A DNA stretch of 64,000 nucleotides, taken from assembly GCA_964446285.1 (NCBI GenBank), contig CAYUNT010000002.1:32-64031 (forward strand), read 5' to 3'. A model generated the notes under the pieces. That model did no database searches, was not told the origin of the DNA, and worked only from the letters and a program-made list of their open reading frames with translations. The stretch's first letter is position 1. Each line of letters starts with the position of its first letter. Shown here one piece after another: positions 1 through 9,538 of this stretch. The DNA is from an uncultured Candidatus Sumerlaeota bacterium (GTDB lineage Bacteria; Sumerlaeota; Sumerlaeia; SLMS01; CAYUNT01). The position numbers were made by a program, and so were the translations under genes.

Positions 1-39
1 AATCCCTGCTAATCATAGAAGGTTCACGGAATTGTCCTG

Positions 40-162
40 GTTGCCTGGCATGAACTGTTCAAAGTTACTGGTGGCACGGGCATCTTGCCCGTGATTCCGG
101 TGGCTTGGGCGTCTCGCCCAAGATTTTTCCGGCACTTTGAACAGTCCCTGAGTTGCCTGGCG
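40..162. repeat. MITE-like composite element: 12-bp terminal inverted repeats (gaactgttcaaagt / actttgaacagt) and flanking gttgcctggc direct motif enclose two tandem GC hairpins (cacgggca-tct-tgcccgtg and cttgggcg-tct-cgcccaag)
   Basis: Inverted and direct repeats read directly in the sequence. The second hairpin belongs to the ccggtggcttgggcgtcccgcccaag family also present at 39046-39072 and 62896-62927. Confidence 0.6.
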
Positions 163-275
163 TGCGTGCCTTTCCAAAATGCGCCTCGCGCTTGCCACAG
201 CCGCTAAATCCACCTTGCCCCGCCGTGTCTATGATATAGACGATGCAGTTGGGTTTGCGATAATCGCCGCGGACC

Positions 276-1334
276 TTGAAAGAACCCCAACCAAGGATCG
301 AAATCATGTCTATGTCCACAAGTATATCGCTAAGCCAATGGGCGCGTTTGTATGACGCCGCTCAAAAATACAAAACCATGGCGTGCTGGGAATGGATGTA
401 TGACAGCGACATTTTCGGGGTCCAGAACCCCCTTACGCAGGAGGTGGGGTATTGCTGCATCATGGGGCGCAAGGGTGAGTTTTTCGCAATGGCGGTTTAT
501 CTGGGAACTCAAGGATTGGAGACCATCAATTCCATTCTTTCGGGCCGCCTTGGGCCAGGCAGCGACGATTTGATAGATGCGCAAAATTGCCTTATGCTTT
601 CATTTGGAGGCCGCGAGGAAATTGAACCGCGGGATCATCAAGTCATCAAACAACTGGGCCGCCAATTCCGCGGACGAACGGACTGGCCGTTGTTCCGCAG
701 ACACAAGCCCGGATATAGGCCGTGGTTTCTTGCTTCGGACGAAGTGGATTTTCTAGCGCTGGCCATCGAACAGGCGATGGAAGTCGCTCCGCGTGTGAAG
801 GACAATCCGGATTTCCTGATTTCAGATGAGAAGGAACGCTACCTGGTTCGAGTCTCGGAATCCATCGAAGGCAATCTATCCTGGCGCGATGAGTGGAAAA
901 AACCGTCTGCCCTTATTCACAAACCGTTGGCAGTCCGGGTGAACGAAAGTCTGTTGAAACAGGCCTGCCAGGCGATCGAACAGCGAGGCGGAACCTGGTT
1001 GTATGACCTGTATTATGGACCGTTCACGATACAAGAGACGGAACCTCATTATTTGCCTCTCATGAGCCTGTGGATGGACCTCGATTCAGAGGCGATCCTG
1101 GGTTTTGAAATGACAGCCCCCGACGAGGGACTGGAGACACACGCGGAGTGTCTTCTTAAACTCGTGTGCAAATCGCATGTCTGCCCGGAAAAGGTCCTGG
1201 TTATGCGGGAACGCGCGGGCGAACTCCTTGCGCCACTTGCCAAGGAGCTGAATTTTCAACTCCTGATCACCGAGCGGCTGCCCCCATTAGAGAATGCAAA
1301 ACGCTCCATGAAGCAATTCATGTCCCGAGTCTGA
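276..1334 (+). CDS. hypothetical protein
   Basis: 352-aa ORF with protein-like composition and no motif I can assign. It follows the promoter-like region after the MITE-like element. Confidence 0.5.
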   Translation: MKEPQPRIEIMSMSTSISLSQWARLYDAAQKYKTMACWEWMYDSDIFGVQNPLTQEVGYCCIMGRKGEFFAMAVYLGTQGLETINSILSGRLGPGSDDLIDAQNCLMLSFGGREEIEPRDHQVIKQLGRQFRGRTDWPLFRRHKPGYRPWFLASDEVDFLALAIEQAMEVAPRVKDNPDFLISDEKERYLVRVSESIEGNLSWRDEWKKPSALIHKPLAVRVNESLLKQACQAIEQRGGTWLYDLYYGPFTIQETEPHYLPLMSLWMDLDSEAILGFEMTAPDEGLETHAECLLKLVCKSHVCPEKVLVMRERAGELLAPLAKELNFQLLITERLPPLENAKRSMKQFMSRV

Positions 1335-1455
1335 TAATTATCGGCATCTCGATGCTCTTTATGACCTCAGAAAAAGAAAAAGGGGCAGACCGGGAGGTCT
1401 GCCCCACATTTGCATCTTCTATTATGTGCTATGTCCGAACCGCCGCGGATGCGGG

Positions 1456-2793
1456 TTATTTCTTGAACTGCGGCAGCCAATCGGCCTGCGCGGCGAACAT
1501 TTCGTCGGTCATCGCCTGGATTTCGTCGAGCGAGCACACGGCGGCCGTCAGCGGATCGTAGGCGAGCGCCCAGAATACCATGCGTTTGTCACCCGTCAGC
1601 GCGGCGCGGACGGCCATTTGCTGCACGGCCACGTTCGCGGCGTTCAGCGCGGCGCATTGCGGCGGCAACTCGCCCACCTGGCACGGATGGAATCCGCTCT
1701 TGTCCACATAGCACGGAACCTCGACGCAGCATCCGCGCGGAAGGTTCGTGATGTGGCCGTCGTTGCGGATATTGCCGTTGATGCGCGCGGTTTCGCCCGT
1801 CTCAAGCGCGTTCACGATCTTCGACCCATACTCGCGCGAGACATGCAGGTTGAGCGGCGTCTTGCCCGAGGCCATATCCTTCATTTCCTGCATCCAGTTG
1901 GCGCGGTCGCCTCCGTAGAGCTGTTTGATGAATCCCGTGCCGCCGTTCCAGCTGCCGCCCGGGCAATACTTCTTGATGAGCGCGGGCCGTTTGCGGAACC
2001 ACCAGTTGTATTCCGAGTTGTGGCCGCTCGATTCCGTAACGGCGTAGCCGAGGTGCTTGAGCATTTCGCAGCGTGTCGTATCTTCGCGATACACCTCGGG
2101 GCGCGCGGCGGCCTTGTGGATGTGCGGATAGGCGTCTTTGCCGTTCCAGCGGAATTGCAGATACCACGCCTGGTGGTTGATGCCGGCGCACCAGTAGTCG
2201 ATGCTCGGGCCGGTTTCGCCAACGATCGGGTTGTCGATCGCGCCGATGCGCGTCGCCCACTGCCAGGCCGTTCCCTGAACGCTGTGGCAAAGACCGATGA
2301 TTTTGGCGCCTGTCGTCTCGAACCCCGACAGGCAGAGCATTGCCATCGGGTTGGTGTATTGCAGCACCCAGGCGTTGGGGCAGATGCGCTCGATGTCGCG
2401 GAAAATCGCGACCATGACCGGGATCGTGCGCAGGGCGCGGAATACGCCGCCTGGGCCGAGCGTGTCGCCGATGCACTGGTTCACGCCGTATTTGAGCGGG
2501 ATGTCGATGTCTTGCGAAATGACCTCGATGCCGCCGTGCAGGATCGAAACGATCACATAATCCGCGCCCTTGAGGGCCTTTTTGCGGTCCAGCGTGGCCT
2601 CAAGTTTGACCTTTTTGTGTCCGCCATCCTGGAGAATGCGGCGCGCCACGCCTTCGGCGTATTTCAGGCGCACGGGATCTACGTCCACCAGCGAGAATCG
2701 CGTTTCTTGAAGCGCGGGATACGAGAGAATATCAAACATGAGCTGGCGCGAAAACACAAGGCTTCCGGCTCCGATGATCACAACTTTCGGCAT
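1456..2793 (-). CDS. glycoside hydrolase family 4 (NAD/Mn-dependent alpha-glucosidase/alpha-galactosidase type)
   Basis: N-terminal MPKVVIIGAGSLVF Rossmann motif, length around 445 aa, and conserved GH4-like internal blocks (CHSVQGT, YTNPMAM). Confidence 0.85.
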   Translation of the reverse strand: MPKVVIIGAGSLVFSRQLMFDILSYPALQETRFSLVDVDPVRLKYAEGVARRILQDGGHKKVKLEATLDRKKALKGADYVIVSILHGGIEVISQDIDIPLKYGVNQCIGDTLGPGGVFRALRTIPVMVAIFRDIERICPNAWVLQYTNPMAMLCLSGFETTGAKIIGLCHSVQGTAWQWATRIGAIDNPIVGETGPSIDYWCAGINHQAWYLQFRWNGKDAYPHIHKAAARPEVYREDTTRCEMLKHLGYAVTESSGHNSEYNWWFRKRPALIKKYCPGGSWNGGTGFIKQLYGGDRANWMQEMKDMASGKTPLNLHVSREYGSKIVNALETGETARINGNIRNDGHITNLPRGCCVEVPCYVDKSGFHPCQVGELPPQCAALNAANVAVQQMAVRAALTGDKRMVFWALAYDPLTAAVCSLDEIQAMTDEMFAAQADWLPQFKK

Positions 2794-3013
2794 GGTAAAA
2801 TTGGCTCCGTTTCGTCGGGAATCTCAGCAAAATGCGAACCGCCGCGCGCCCGGAATCCCGCGCAGGGAATTGGCGGATTGGCGGCAGCCGGGCCGAGAGA
2901 ATGCCCGCCTCGGGGGCGCTCGTCAAGGCCGAGCCGCGCCGGGAATCTGCGCCAAAACAGGCCCTCATATCAGATTAATTGATGCGAACTGTGAAAAGGG
3001 CTTAAACGAATAA

Positions 3014-3042
3014 ACAAAAAAAAGCCCCGATTGCTCGGGGCC
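3014..3042 (-). terminator. intrinsic terminator downstream of the pilin-like gene: hairpin gccccg-attgct-cggggc followed by a T8 run on the minus strand
   Basis: The GC stem plus poly-T tract (A8 on the plus strand) lies immediately 3' of the minus-strand stop at 3120. Confidence 0.6.
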
Positions 3043-3119
3043 AAGGAACGGCAATCGGCAGCAAAGCCTGCCGGTCAAGGAGTGGGGTGATCCTAAAAGC
3101 CTATACGGAGATGGAATCG

Positions 3120-3746
3120 CTACTCGGCGTATTTCCCGTCGGAGAACTTCTGATTCCGCTCGATGTCGCCGACGCTCACCGTGCCGTTGGTCGCGTCGTA
3201 AATCACTTCCGTATAGGCAGGTTTGGAGTCTCCTGTGAAATCGCCATTGAAGATCAATTGATCGGGACCGCACGAGGTCAGACGCCACCAGCCATAGCGT
3301 TTCACGGAATACTCCTGATCGACAGGCTGGTTCGCATAGCGGGGGTCGTCGAAATTGCGGTAGTAATACTGGCGGCTCCACCAGAAGGGATTCGGACGCC
3401 CCGCGCGAAAAACGTCCTGCAGAACGCTGGCGGAGGTCAGATACGCAGTAGGCGTCGTCAGCAGCGGCGGATTGAGGCCATTGACATCCCAGAGCTGATT
3501 GTAGGGCGGCTGGCCGTAGGGAGGGTATTTGTTGTAATCAACCCGGTAGGATTCGAGTGCGAGGGCCACGTTGCGCATATCGCTGCGCACGCGCGAAACC
3601 TTCGAGCGCACTTGCGCCTCGAGGAAGTTGGGGATGGCGATCGCCGCCAGGATGGCGATGATGGCCACGACGATCAGAAGTTCGATCAGGGTAAAGGCCC
3701 TCGCGCCTGCGAATATCTTCGTGGATTTTAGCGGATTGCTATTCAT
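3120..3746 (-). CDS. prepilin-type N-terminal cleavage/methylation domain protein (DUF1559-like pseudopilin)
   Basis: ARAFTLIELLIVVAIIAILAAIAIPNF N-terminal motif. Likely start is the ATG at 3746 (MNSNPLKS...); the track ORF extends to 3818. Confidence 0.8.
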   Translation of the reverse strand: MNSNPLKSTKIFAGARAFTLIELLIVVAIIAILAAIAIPNFLEAQVRSKVSRVRSDMRNVALALESYRVDYNKYPPYGQPPYNQLWDVNGLNPPLLTTPTAYLTSASVLQDVFRAGRPNPFWWSRQYYYRNFDDPRYANQPVDQEYSVKRYGWWRLTSCGPDQLIFNGDFTGDSKPAYTEVIYDATNGTVSVGDIERNQKFSDGKYAE

Positions 3747-4030
3747 TGGGCGCTGCCTCCTTTGCGATTTGGCTTGGTGTTTCCCGCCGGAGCGTGGCGA
3801 GATAGTTTGTTGTTTCAATCAACTTATACAAGCACCCCCCGCGCGCCGTCAAGCGCCAAAACACAAGCGCGAAAAATAATTTCACCCCGCAAGGCGCCCG
3901 AGGTTTTCCCGTTGCATTCCGCCCATTCTGGCAATAAGTGATGTTTTGCCGCGCCGGGATTCTCCGCCAGACTCCGCCCTCGGCGATGGCTGGCGGGCAA
4001 ACTTTAGCGCTGTTGCCGATGGGCAGAAAT

Positions 4031-4115
4031 GCCCCGTCACTTCGTTCCGGGTTCTGCAAGAACGAACAAGTCGCAAAGCACACTTCATGCGGAACCCCGA
4101 ACGAAGTGGCGGGGC
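4031..4115. repeat. long-stem imperfect hairpin element, copy 1 (about 27-bp stem: gccccgtcacttcgttccgggttctgca ... tgcggaaccccgaacgaagtggcggggc)
   Basis: Imperfect inverted repeat read in the sequence. A second copy with conserved arms but a different loop lies at 13189-13272. Confidence 0.6.
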
Positions 4116-4215
4116 TGCAAAAGGTAAAAAGGCGCCTCGGCTTAATAATGGCATCAGTGTGCGCCCGCGCCTGGCAGCCCTTCACCTTCCTCATCGAAGG
4201 ACGCTGGCACGCTTC

Positions 4216-5400
4216 ATGAAAATGCGCAAAATCAACACGGCCATCGCTTCTCGCATCAACCGCTCCTTCGTGCTTGCGCAAATTTACCGCCACCCGCTCA
4301 TTTCACGCGCGGAACTGGCCAATCGCACCGGTCTTGATCGTTCCGCCGTCACGCACATCCTCAACCACCTCATCGAGTGCGGGCTGGTCGAGGAGGTGAA
4401 GAAGGGCAAAGCCGGCGCGCGCGGCGGACGCTGCCCCATCCAGTTGCAGGTTCGCTACGATGCCGCTTGCCTCATCGCCATCGAGATCGGCCTTGGCAAA
4501 CTCACATGCGTCATCGCAAACCTCGAAGGGCGCGAACTGGCGCGCGACGAAATGGACATCGCCCGCGGCGAACCGCTGCTCGGCATCCTCGTCCGCTTTC
4601 TCGATCCCTTGCGCCGCCGCCGCCGGAAGCTCTTTCAGGACGCCGCGCTCATCGGCATCACCTGCCCGGGCGTGGTGGATAGCGCCGCCGGACGCATGGT
4701 GTTTAATATCTTTCACAACTGGCGCGGCGTGGATGTGGCCAGCCATCTCGAATCCCGATATGGCAAGCCGGTTTTTATGGAAAACGACGCCAACGCCGCC
4801 GCCATGGGCGAACTCTACAAACTCGGCCCCGCCCAGCAGGTCCACAGCCTGATTTATTTGTTCCTGCGCGCCTCGGCGCCCGGCGGACCCAGCCTGCTCG
4901 GGGTGGGCGGCGCCATTATCCTAAATGGCCGCCTTTGGCCCGGCGCGCATTTTTGCGCGGGTGAGGTCTCGGAAACCGTCAACGCCGCCTTTTCGCACAT
5001 CATGCAGCAACTGCGCCAGCGCCTGGAAAAATCGCCGGGCGGGATGGGTGCTCCGCAAACCCTCGCGGAACTCTTGCGGCTCGGCGAACAAGGCCATGCC
5101 GATTGCCAATGGGCGTTGAATGAGATTGCCGCACGGATCGGACAATTGCTGGGCGATTTTGCCTCGTTCCTGGATACACAAGGGGTTTTGGTGCATGTGC
5201 ATCCCCCCGAGGGCACGCAATCGCTTGTTGAAAAAATCCGCGAGGCATTCGTGCGCAATTACCGCCTGCCCGGCAACGGATCGGTCGAGTTTTTGCCGCC
5301 ACAACTAGGCGCAAAGGCCGTTCTGGAAGGGATCATCCGCCTTGCTTTGGAACGGGTTTTCATCCACGACGCCACGCAAAATTCCATCCTGTTTCCCTGA
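4216..5400 (+). CDS. ROK family transcriptional regulator (NagC/XylR type)
   Basis: N-terminal HTH region (RAELANRTGLDRSAVTHILNHLIECGLVEE) followed by a ROK sugar-kinase-like fold. The ATG at 4216 lies inside the longer track ORF 3946-5400. Confidence 0.8.
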   Translation: MKMRKINTAIASRINRSFVLAQIYRHPLISRAELANRTGLDRSAVTHILNHLIECGLVEEVKKGKAGARGGRCPIQLQVRYDAACLIAIEIGLGKLTCVIANLEGRELARDEMDIARGEPLLGILVRFLDPLRRRRRKLFQDAALIGITCPGVVDSAAGRMVFNIFHNWRGVDVASHLESRYGKPVFMENDANAAAMGELYKLGPAQQVHSLIYLFLRASAPGGPSLLGVGGAIILNGRLWPGAHFCAGEVSETVNAAFSHIMQQLRQRLEKSPGGMGAPQTLAELLRLGEQGHADCQWALNEIAARIGQLLGDFASFLDTQGVLVHVHPPEGTQSLVEKIREAFVRNYRLPGNGSVEFLPPQLGAKAVLEGIIRLALERVFIHDATQNSILFP

Positions 5401-5553
5401 ACAATTCGAGTTTCCTTGAACAATCCGAGGCGGGTTTCCCGCCCTCCTGGCAACGCTGTGTGCCACCTTCTCTGTCGAGGGTCCCATAGGTCCCATTCGT
5501 CCTATAGGTCCCATTTTCGCTATTGGGGCAGCAGGCTTTCAGAAAAACAGGTG

Positions 5554-8550
5554 TTATTTTTCCGCCAGTTTCTTCAATTCTTGCAATAGGTTCAGGGCTT
5601 CAAGCGGCGTCAGGCGGTCGATTTGCAGGCCTCTGAGGCGTTCGAGGGCCGGATGCGGCGGCGCGTCGAATAGCGAGAGTTGCACGGCGGACTGGCGCGC
5701 GGCCTCGAACTCGTCGAGAAACCCGAGCCGTCCGCCCCGGCGCCGCGGTTTGACCGGCGCGGACGAAGCCGCGGACTCTCCCGGCACTCCCTCCGCGTTC
5801 TCTGCGTTCCCCGCGTTTTGTGCGTTCTTCGCGTTCTTCGCGTTCTCTGCGTTTCCTCCCTTGCTCGCCCCCGCCCCGGAATCCACAGCAAGCGCCTGGC
5901 CGTTTTCAAGCGACTTGAGAATGGAGCGCGCCCGCCGGATCGCCCGCGCCGGCACGCCGGCCAGTTTCGCCGCGTAAATCCCATAGCTGCGGTCCGCCGC
6001 GCCATTGACGATCTTATACAAAAACACAATCCGCTCGGGGTCCTCGACGACCGCCACATTGTAATTGCGCAGCCGCGGCAGCCGCCCTTCGAGGTCGGTC
6101 AGTTCATGATAATGCGTCGCGAAAAGCGTTCGCGGACGCCGTCCGGGCGTGTTGTGCAGGTGTTCGAGCACGGCCCAGGCGATCGAAATGCCATCGTAGG
6201 TCGAAGTGCCGCGCCCGATTTCATCGAGAATCACAAGGGATTTGTCCGTGGCGTTGTTGAGGATGTTCGCCGTTTCGAGCATCTCGACGAGGAACGTTGA
6301 TTGCCCGCGCGCCAAGTGATCCATCGCCCCCACGCGCGTGAAAATGCGGTCGAGCAGCGCAATATCCGCCTCGCGCGCTGGAACAAACGACCCCACATGG
6401 GCCATCAGGGCGATCAACGCCACCTGGCGGATATAAGTGGATTTTCCGGCCATGTTCGGACCCGTGATGAGGCCGATCTGGCGCGTGTCGGAATCGAGCC
6501 GCGTATCGTTGGGCACAAACGGCGCATCGACCTGCACGGCTTCGAGCACGGGGTGGCGCCCGTCGCGGATTTCGATGCGCCCGTCATCGTTGATGCGCGG
6601 ACGCACGTATCCGCCCGCCAGCGCCGCTTCGGCCAGCCCAAGCAACGCATCGAGCCGCGCAAGCAGCCGTCCTTGCGCCAAAATCGCCTCGACCTGCGAC
6701 GCCGTCTCCAGGCGCAGTTCCTCGAAAAGCCGCGCCTCCAGGCCGTTGATCCGCTCCTCGGCGTGGAGGATGATTTCTTCCTTTTCCTTGAGTTCGGGCG
6801 TGATGAACCGCTCGCCGTTCGCGATGGTCTGGCGGCGCTGATAGTCGGCGGGCAAGTCGCCGATCTGGCGCAGTTGGGCGTTGGTCAGTTCAATATAATA
6901 GCCGAAAACCTTGTTAAATCCGACCTTCAGGTTGGGCAGATTGAGGCGCTGGGCCTCGCGCGCGCGGAACGCGGCGATCCAGCCTTTCGTGTCATGCGCC
7001 ACCGTCTTGATTTCATCGAGTTCGGCGTTCCAGCCCGGACGGATCACGCCGCCATCGCGCGCCGTGAGGGGCGGATCGTCCGTGAGGGCGCGGCGCAGGC
7101 GGTCTCGCAGCGGATCGAGCGGGTCCAGCCCTTCGCGCGTCGCGGCAAGCAATTCCGAGCGCGCCGGTTCGAGCGCGGCGGCCAGGCGCGGCAGACGGTC
7201 GAGCGCGGCGCGGATGGCCGACAAATCGCGCGGACCGGCCCGCCCGCAGGCCACGCGGCTCGCTACGCGCTCAAGGTCCGGCAGCCCCGCCAGCGATTCG
7301 GCCGCGCGCGAACGCAACGCCAGCGAATGGAAGAATTCCTCGACGGCATCGAGGCGGCGTTCAATTTCCGCGGCGCGCCCAAGCGGCGACAAAACCCACT
7401 GGCGCAGCAACCGCCCGCCCATCGCCGTGCGCGTGCGGTCGATCACGGCCAGGAGCGTTCCGTCGCGCCCGCCCGAATGCAGATTGCGCACAAGTTCGAG
7501 GCTGCGCTGTGTCACGGCGTCGAGCACCAGGCAGTCGTCCGTGCGCCAGACTCGTAACTCGCGCAGGTGGGCAATCGCGCCCTTTTGCGTTTCCTGGAGA
7601 TAATCGAGCGCCGCGCCCGCCGCCCCAAGCGCCACGCTGAGATGCTCCGCGCCAAATCCTTCGAGGCTTTGGACGCCAAAATGGCGCTGGAGGAGGCGGC
7701 GCGAACGCGCGGGATCAAAGCGGTCGGCGGGGCGGCGCGTCAGGCGCGCGCGCGATTCGCCGATGCCTCCCACCGCGCCCGCTCCTCCCCCGCCGCTTCC
7801 GATTCCGCCTGTGGCCGCCGCCACAAACGCCTCGGGGAATCCTTCTGGCAAAAGGATTTCCGCCGGTTCGAGGCGCACGAGTTCCGAAAACACCTCTTCG
7901 CGCGCGCGCGGGCCTTCGAGTTCCGTGACGGCGAACGCGCCCGTCGAAAGGTCGGCGATGGCGATGCCGAACACGCCCTTTTCCGAAAAAAGTTCCAGGG
8001 AAGCGGCATCTGTGCGCGCGCTCGCTGTTTCCGGCGGCGAGACGCAGCCGCTCCCCCTCAGGCCGTTTTCCTCCCGTCCAAACAGGTCTTCCAAACCCGC
8101 AGGGGCGCCTGCCCCGCAAGTTTCATTTTCCGCCCCTCCGCGCGCGGGCTGCCAAGTGATCGCCATCAGGTAATTGTTCGCGCGATCATCCAGAATCCCC
8201 GGTTCGAGCGCCGTCCCCGGCGTGATGACCCGCACGATGTCGCGCCGAACCAGGCCTTTCGCCTGTTTCGGGTCTTCCATTTGCTCGGCGATGGCCACGC
8301 TGCGGCCCGATTTGACGAGTTTCGCCAGATAACTTTCGATCGCGTGATACGGAACGCCCGCCATCGCCACTTCGCCGTCCACGCCCGCCGTTTTGCGCGT
8401 AACGACGATGTTCAGCAGCCGCCCGGCCTCGTCCGCGTCCTCGAAGTAGGTTTCGTAGAAATCCCCGCATCGAAACAGCAATATGCAATCCGGGTGCTCT
8501 TGTTTCAAGCGCCGGAACTGGCGCATCATCGGAGTTGCCAAATCCTGCAT
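5554..8550 (-). CDS. mutS: DNA mismatch repair protein MutS (unusually long, with low-complexity inserts)
   Basis: Mismatch-binding N-terminus (MSMQDLATPMMRQFRRLKQEHPDCILLFRCGDFYETYFEDA), Walker A GPNMAGKST and the C-terminal HTH region. Low-complexity segments include NAKNAKNAQNAGNAENAE. Confidence 0.9.
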   Translation of the reverse strand: MQDLATPMMRQFRRLKQEHPDCILLFRCGDFYETYFEDADEAGRLLNIVVTRKTAGVDGEVAMAGVPYHAIESYLAKLVKSGRSVAIAEQMEDPKQAKGLVRRDIVRVITPGTALEPGILDDRANNYLMAITWQPARGGAENETCGAGAPAGLEDLFGREENGLRGSGCVSPPETASARTDAASLELFSEKGVFGIAIADLSTGAFAVTELEGPRAREEVFSELVRLEPAEILLPEGFPEAFVAAATGGIGSGGGGAGAVGGIGESRARLTRRPADRFDPARSRRLLQRHFGVQSLEGFGAEHLSVALGAAGAALDYLQETQKGAIAHLRELRVWRTDDCLVLDAVTQRSLELVRNLHSGGRDGTLLAVIDRTRTAMGGRLLRQWVLSPLGRAAEIERRLDAVEEFFHSLALRSRAAESLAGLPDLERVASRVACGRAGPRDLSAIRAALDRLPRLAAALEPARSELLAATREGLDPLDPLRDRLRRALTDDPPLTARDGGVIRPGWNAELDEIKTVAHDTKGWIAAFRAREAQRLNLPNLKVGFNKVFGYYIELTNAQLRQIGDLPADYQRRQTIANGERFITPELKEKEEIILHAEERINGLEARLFEELRLETASQVEAILAQGRLLARLDALLGLAEAALAGGYVRPRINDDGRIEIRDGRHPVLEAVQVDAPFVPNDTRLDSDTRQIGLITGPNMAGKSTYIRQVALIALMAHVGSFVPAREADIALLDRIFTRVGAMDHLARGQSTFLVEMLETANILNNATDKSLVILDEIGRGTSTYDGISIAWAVLEHLHNTPGRRPRTLFATHYHELTDLEGRLPRLRNYNVAVVEDPERIVFLYKIVNGAADRSYGIYAAKLAGVPARAIRRARSILKSLENGQALAVDSGAGASKGGNAENAKNAKNAQNAGNAENAEGVPGESAASSAPVKPRRRGGRLGFLDEFEAARQSAVQLSLFDAPPHPALERLRGLQIDRLTPLEALNLLQELKKLAEK

Positions 8551-8563
8551 ACTCACATCTCTT

Positions 8564-8608
8564 CACTCACAACTCGCCACTCACAACCCACAACTCACAA
8601 CTCAAAAC
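8564..8608. repeat. (GTTGTGR)n heptamer array (minus-strand orientation) in the mutS leader, overlapping the stop of the M50 protease gene
   Basis: The plus strand reads tcactcacaactcgccactcacaacccacaactcacaactcaaaac. The same heptamer family occurs at 38937-39014 and 62829-62892. Confidence 0.6.
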
Positions 8609-9249
8609 CCAATAATCCACCCCGTCAGCCCAATGAAAAAACCGATCAGCGAATGAAACAGCGCCCGCGTCATGGGAAACATGAATAGAAGCATTAGAAT
8701 CAAAATTCCAAAACGTGAGGCCATAAAGAAATACTGATACCATTCCTCGTGGTTTTTGATGACAAGGTGCCATAGGACATGGCTGCCATCGAGCGGCGGA
8801 ATCGGGATCATGTTGAACACCATCAGGACAATGTTAATGATGATCATGTATCCGATGATCGTGGCGGCGGCGTCGGGCAGATGGCCTGGCACAATGATTT
8901 TCCAGATTTTCAAAAGAAGGACCGTCAGCAAAACCAGCAGGAAGTTGGAAGCCGGACCCGCGATGGCCACAATCATTCCCCAACCCGGTCGGCGGAAATT
9001 TTCCTCCTGAACAGGCACGGGTTTGGCCCATCCGAAGAGGAATGGCACGTTGGAGAAAATGGCAAGGAGCGGCAGAATAATCGTGCCAATCGGGTCGATG
9101 TGGGCGATGGGATTGAGCGTCAGACGGCCCTGGTAGGCTGCCGTCCGATCTCCGCCCCAATACGCCGTCAGCGCGTGCGAAAACTCATGCACAGTCAGCG
9201 ACAGCAAAAACACGGGAAACATCAAGAAGGCTTCGGCTGGGATATTCAT
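8602..9249 (-). CDS. site-2 protease family (peptidase M50) membrane metalloprotease
   Basis: HEFSH (HExxH) motif in the first TM region and a multi-TM profile. Confidence 0.75.
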   Translation of the reverse strand: MNIPAEAFLMFPVFLLSLTVHEFSHALTAYWGGDRTAAYQGRLTLNPIAHIDPIGTIILPLLAIFSNVPFLFGWAKPVPVQEENFRRPGWGMIVAIAGPASNFLLVLLTVLLLKIWKIIVPGHLPDAAATIIGYMIIINIVLMVFNMIPIPPLDGSHVLWHLVIKNHEEWYQYFFMASRFGILILMLLFMFPMTRALFHSLIGFFIGLTGWIIGF

Positions 9250-9538
9250 GAGGAAGCTCGGAGGCGCAACTCCTTGCGTGGCATTGCATTTCCAGGGGCG
9301 GACGTGTTCCCGGAAGGCGTCGCAAATCGCACGCCCTGCCGGGTCTTTTCCTCATGCCCGCGCGCCAAAGTCAACGCCATTGCCCCGGATTGCTTATTCC
9401 CAAAAATGAATAATCACCGCAAAAAACGCAAGACACCAACACCACAAGAGAAGATTTTACCACGAAAGGCACGAAAATAACGAAAAAAGAATGTATCTTT
9501 CTTCCTTTTCGTTCCTTTCGCATTTTTCGCGGCAATAA

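Noticed and set aside
1426-2982. 518-aa plus-strand ORF antisense to the GH4 gene. Similar long antisense ORFs occur at 6301-7557, 7567-8688, 10092-11465, 16670-17875, 21647-23002, 34834-35982, 42587-44962 and 26692-27708.
   Set aside because: High GC suppresses stop codons on the opposite strand. These ORFs have Arg/Ala/Gly-rich low-complexity translations and overlap confidently assigned genes (GH4, mutS, proB, gltD, IS630, metH), so they are treated as non-coding.
5462-5512. Short triple direct repeat ggtcccat(a/t)gg in the convergent ROK/mutS intergenic region.
   Set aside because: The units are too short and degenerate to interpret. They probably belong to overlapping weak terminator structures of the two convergent genes.
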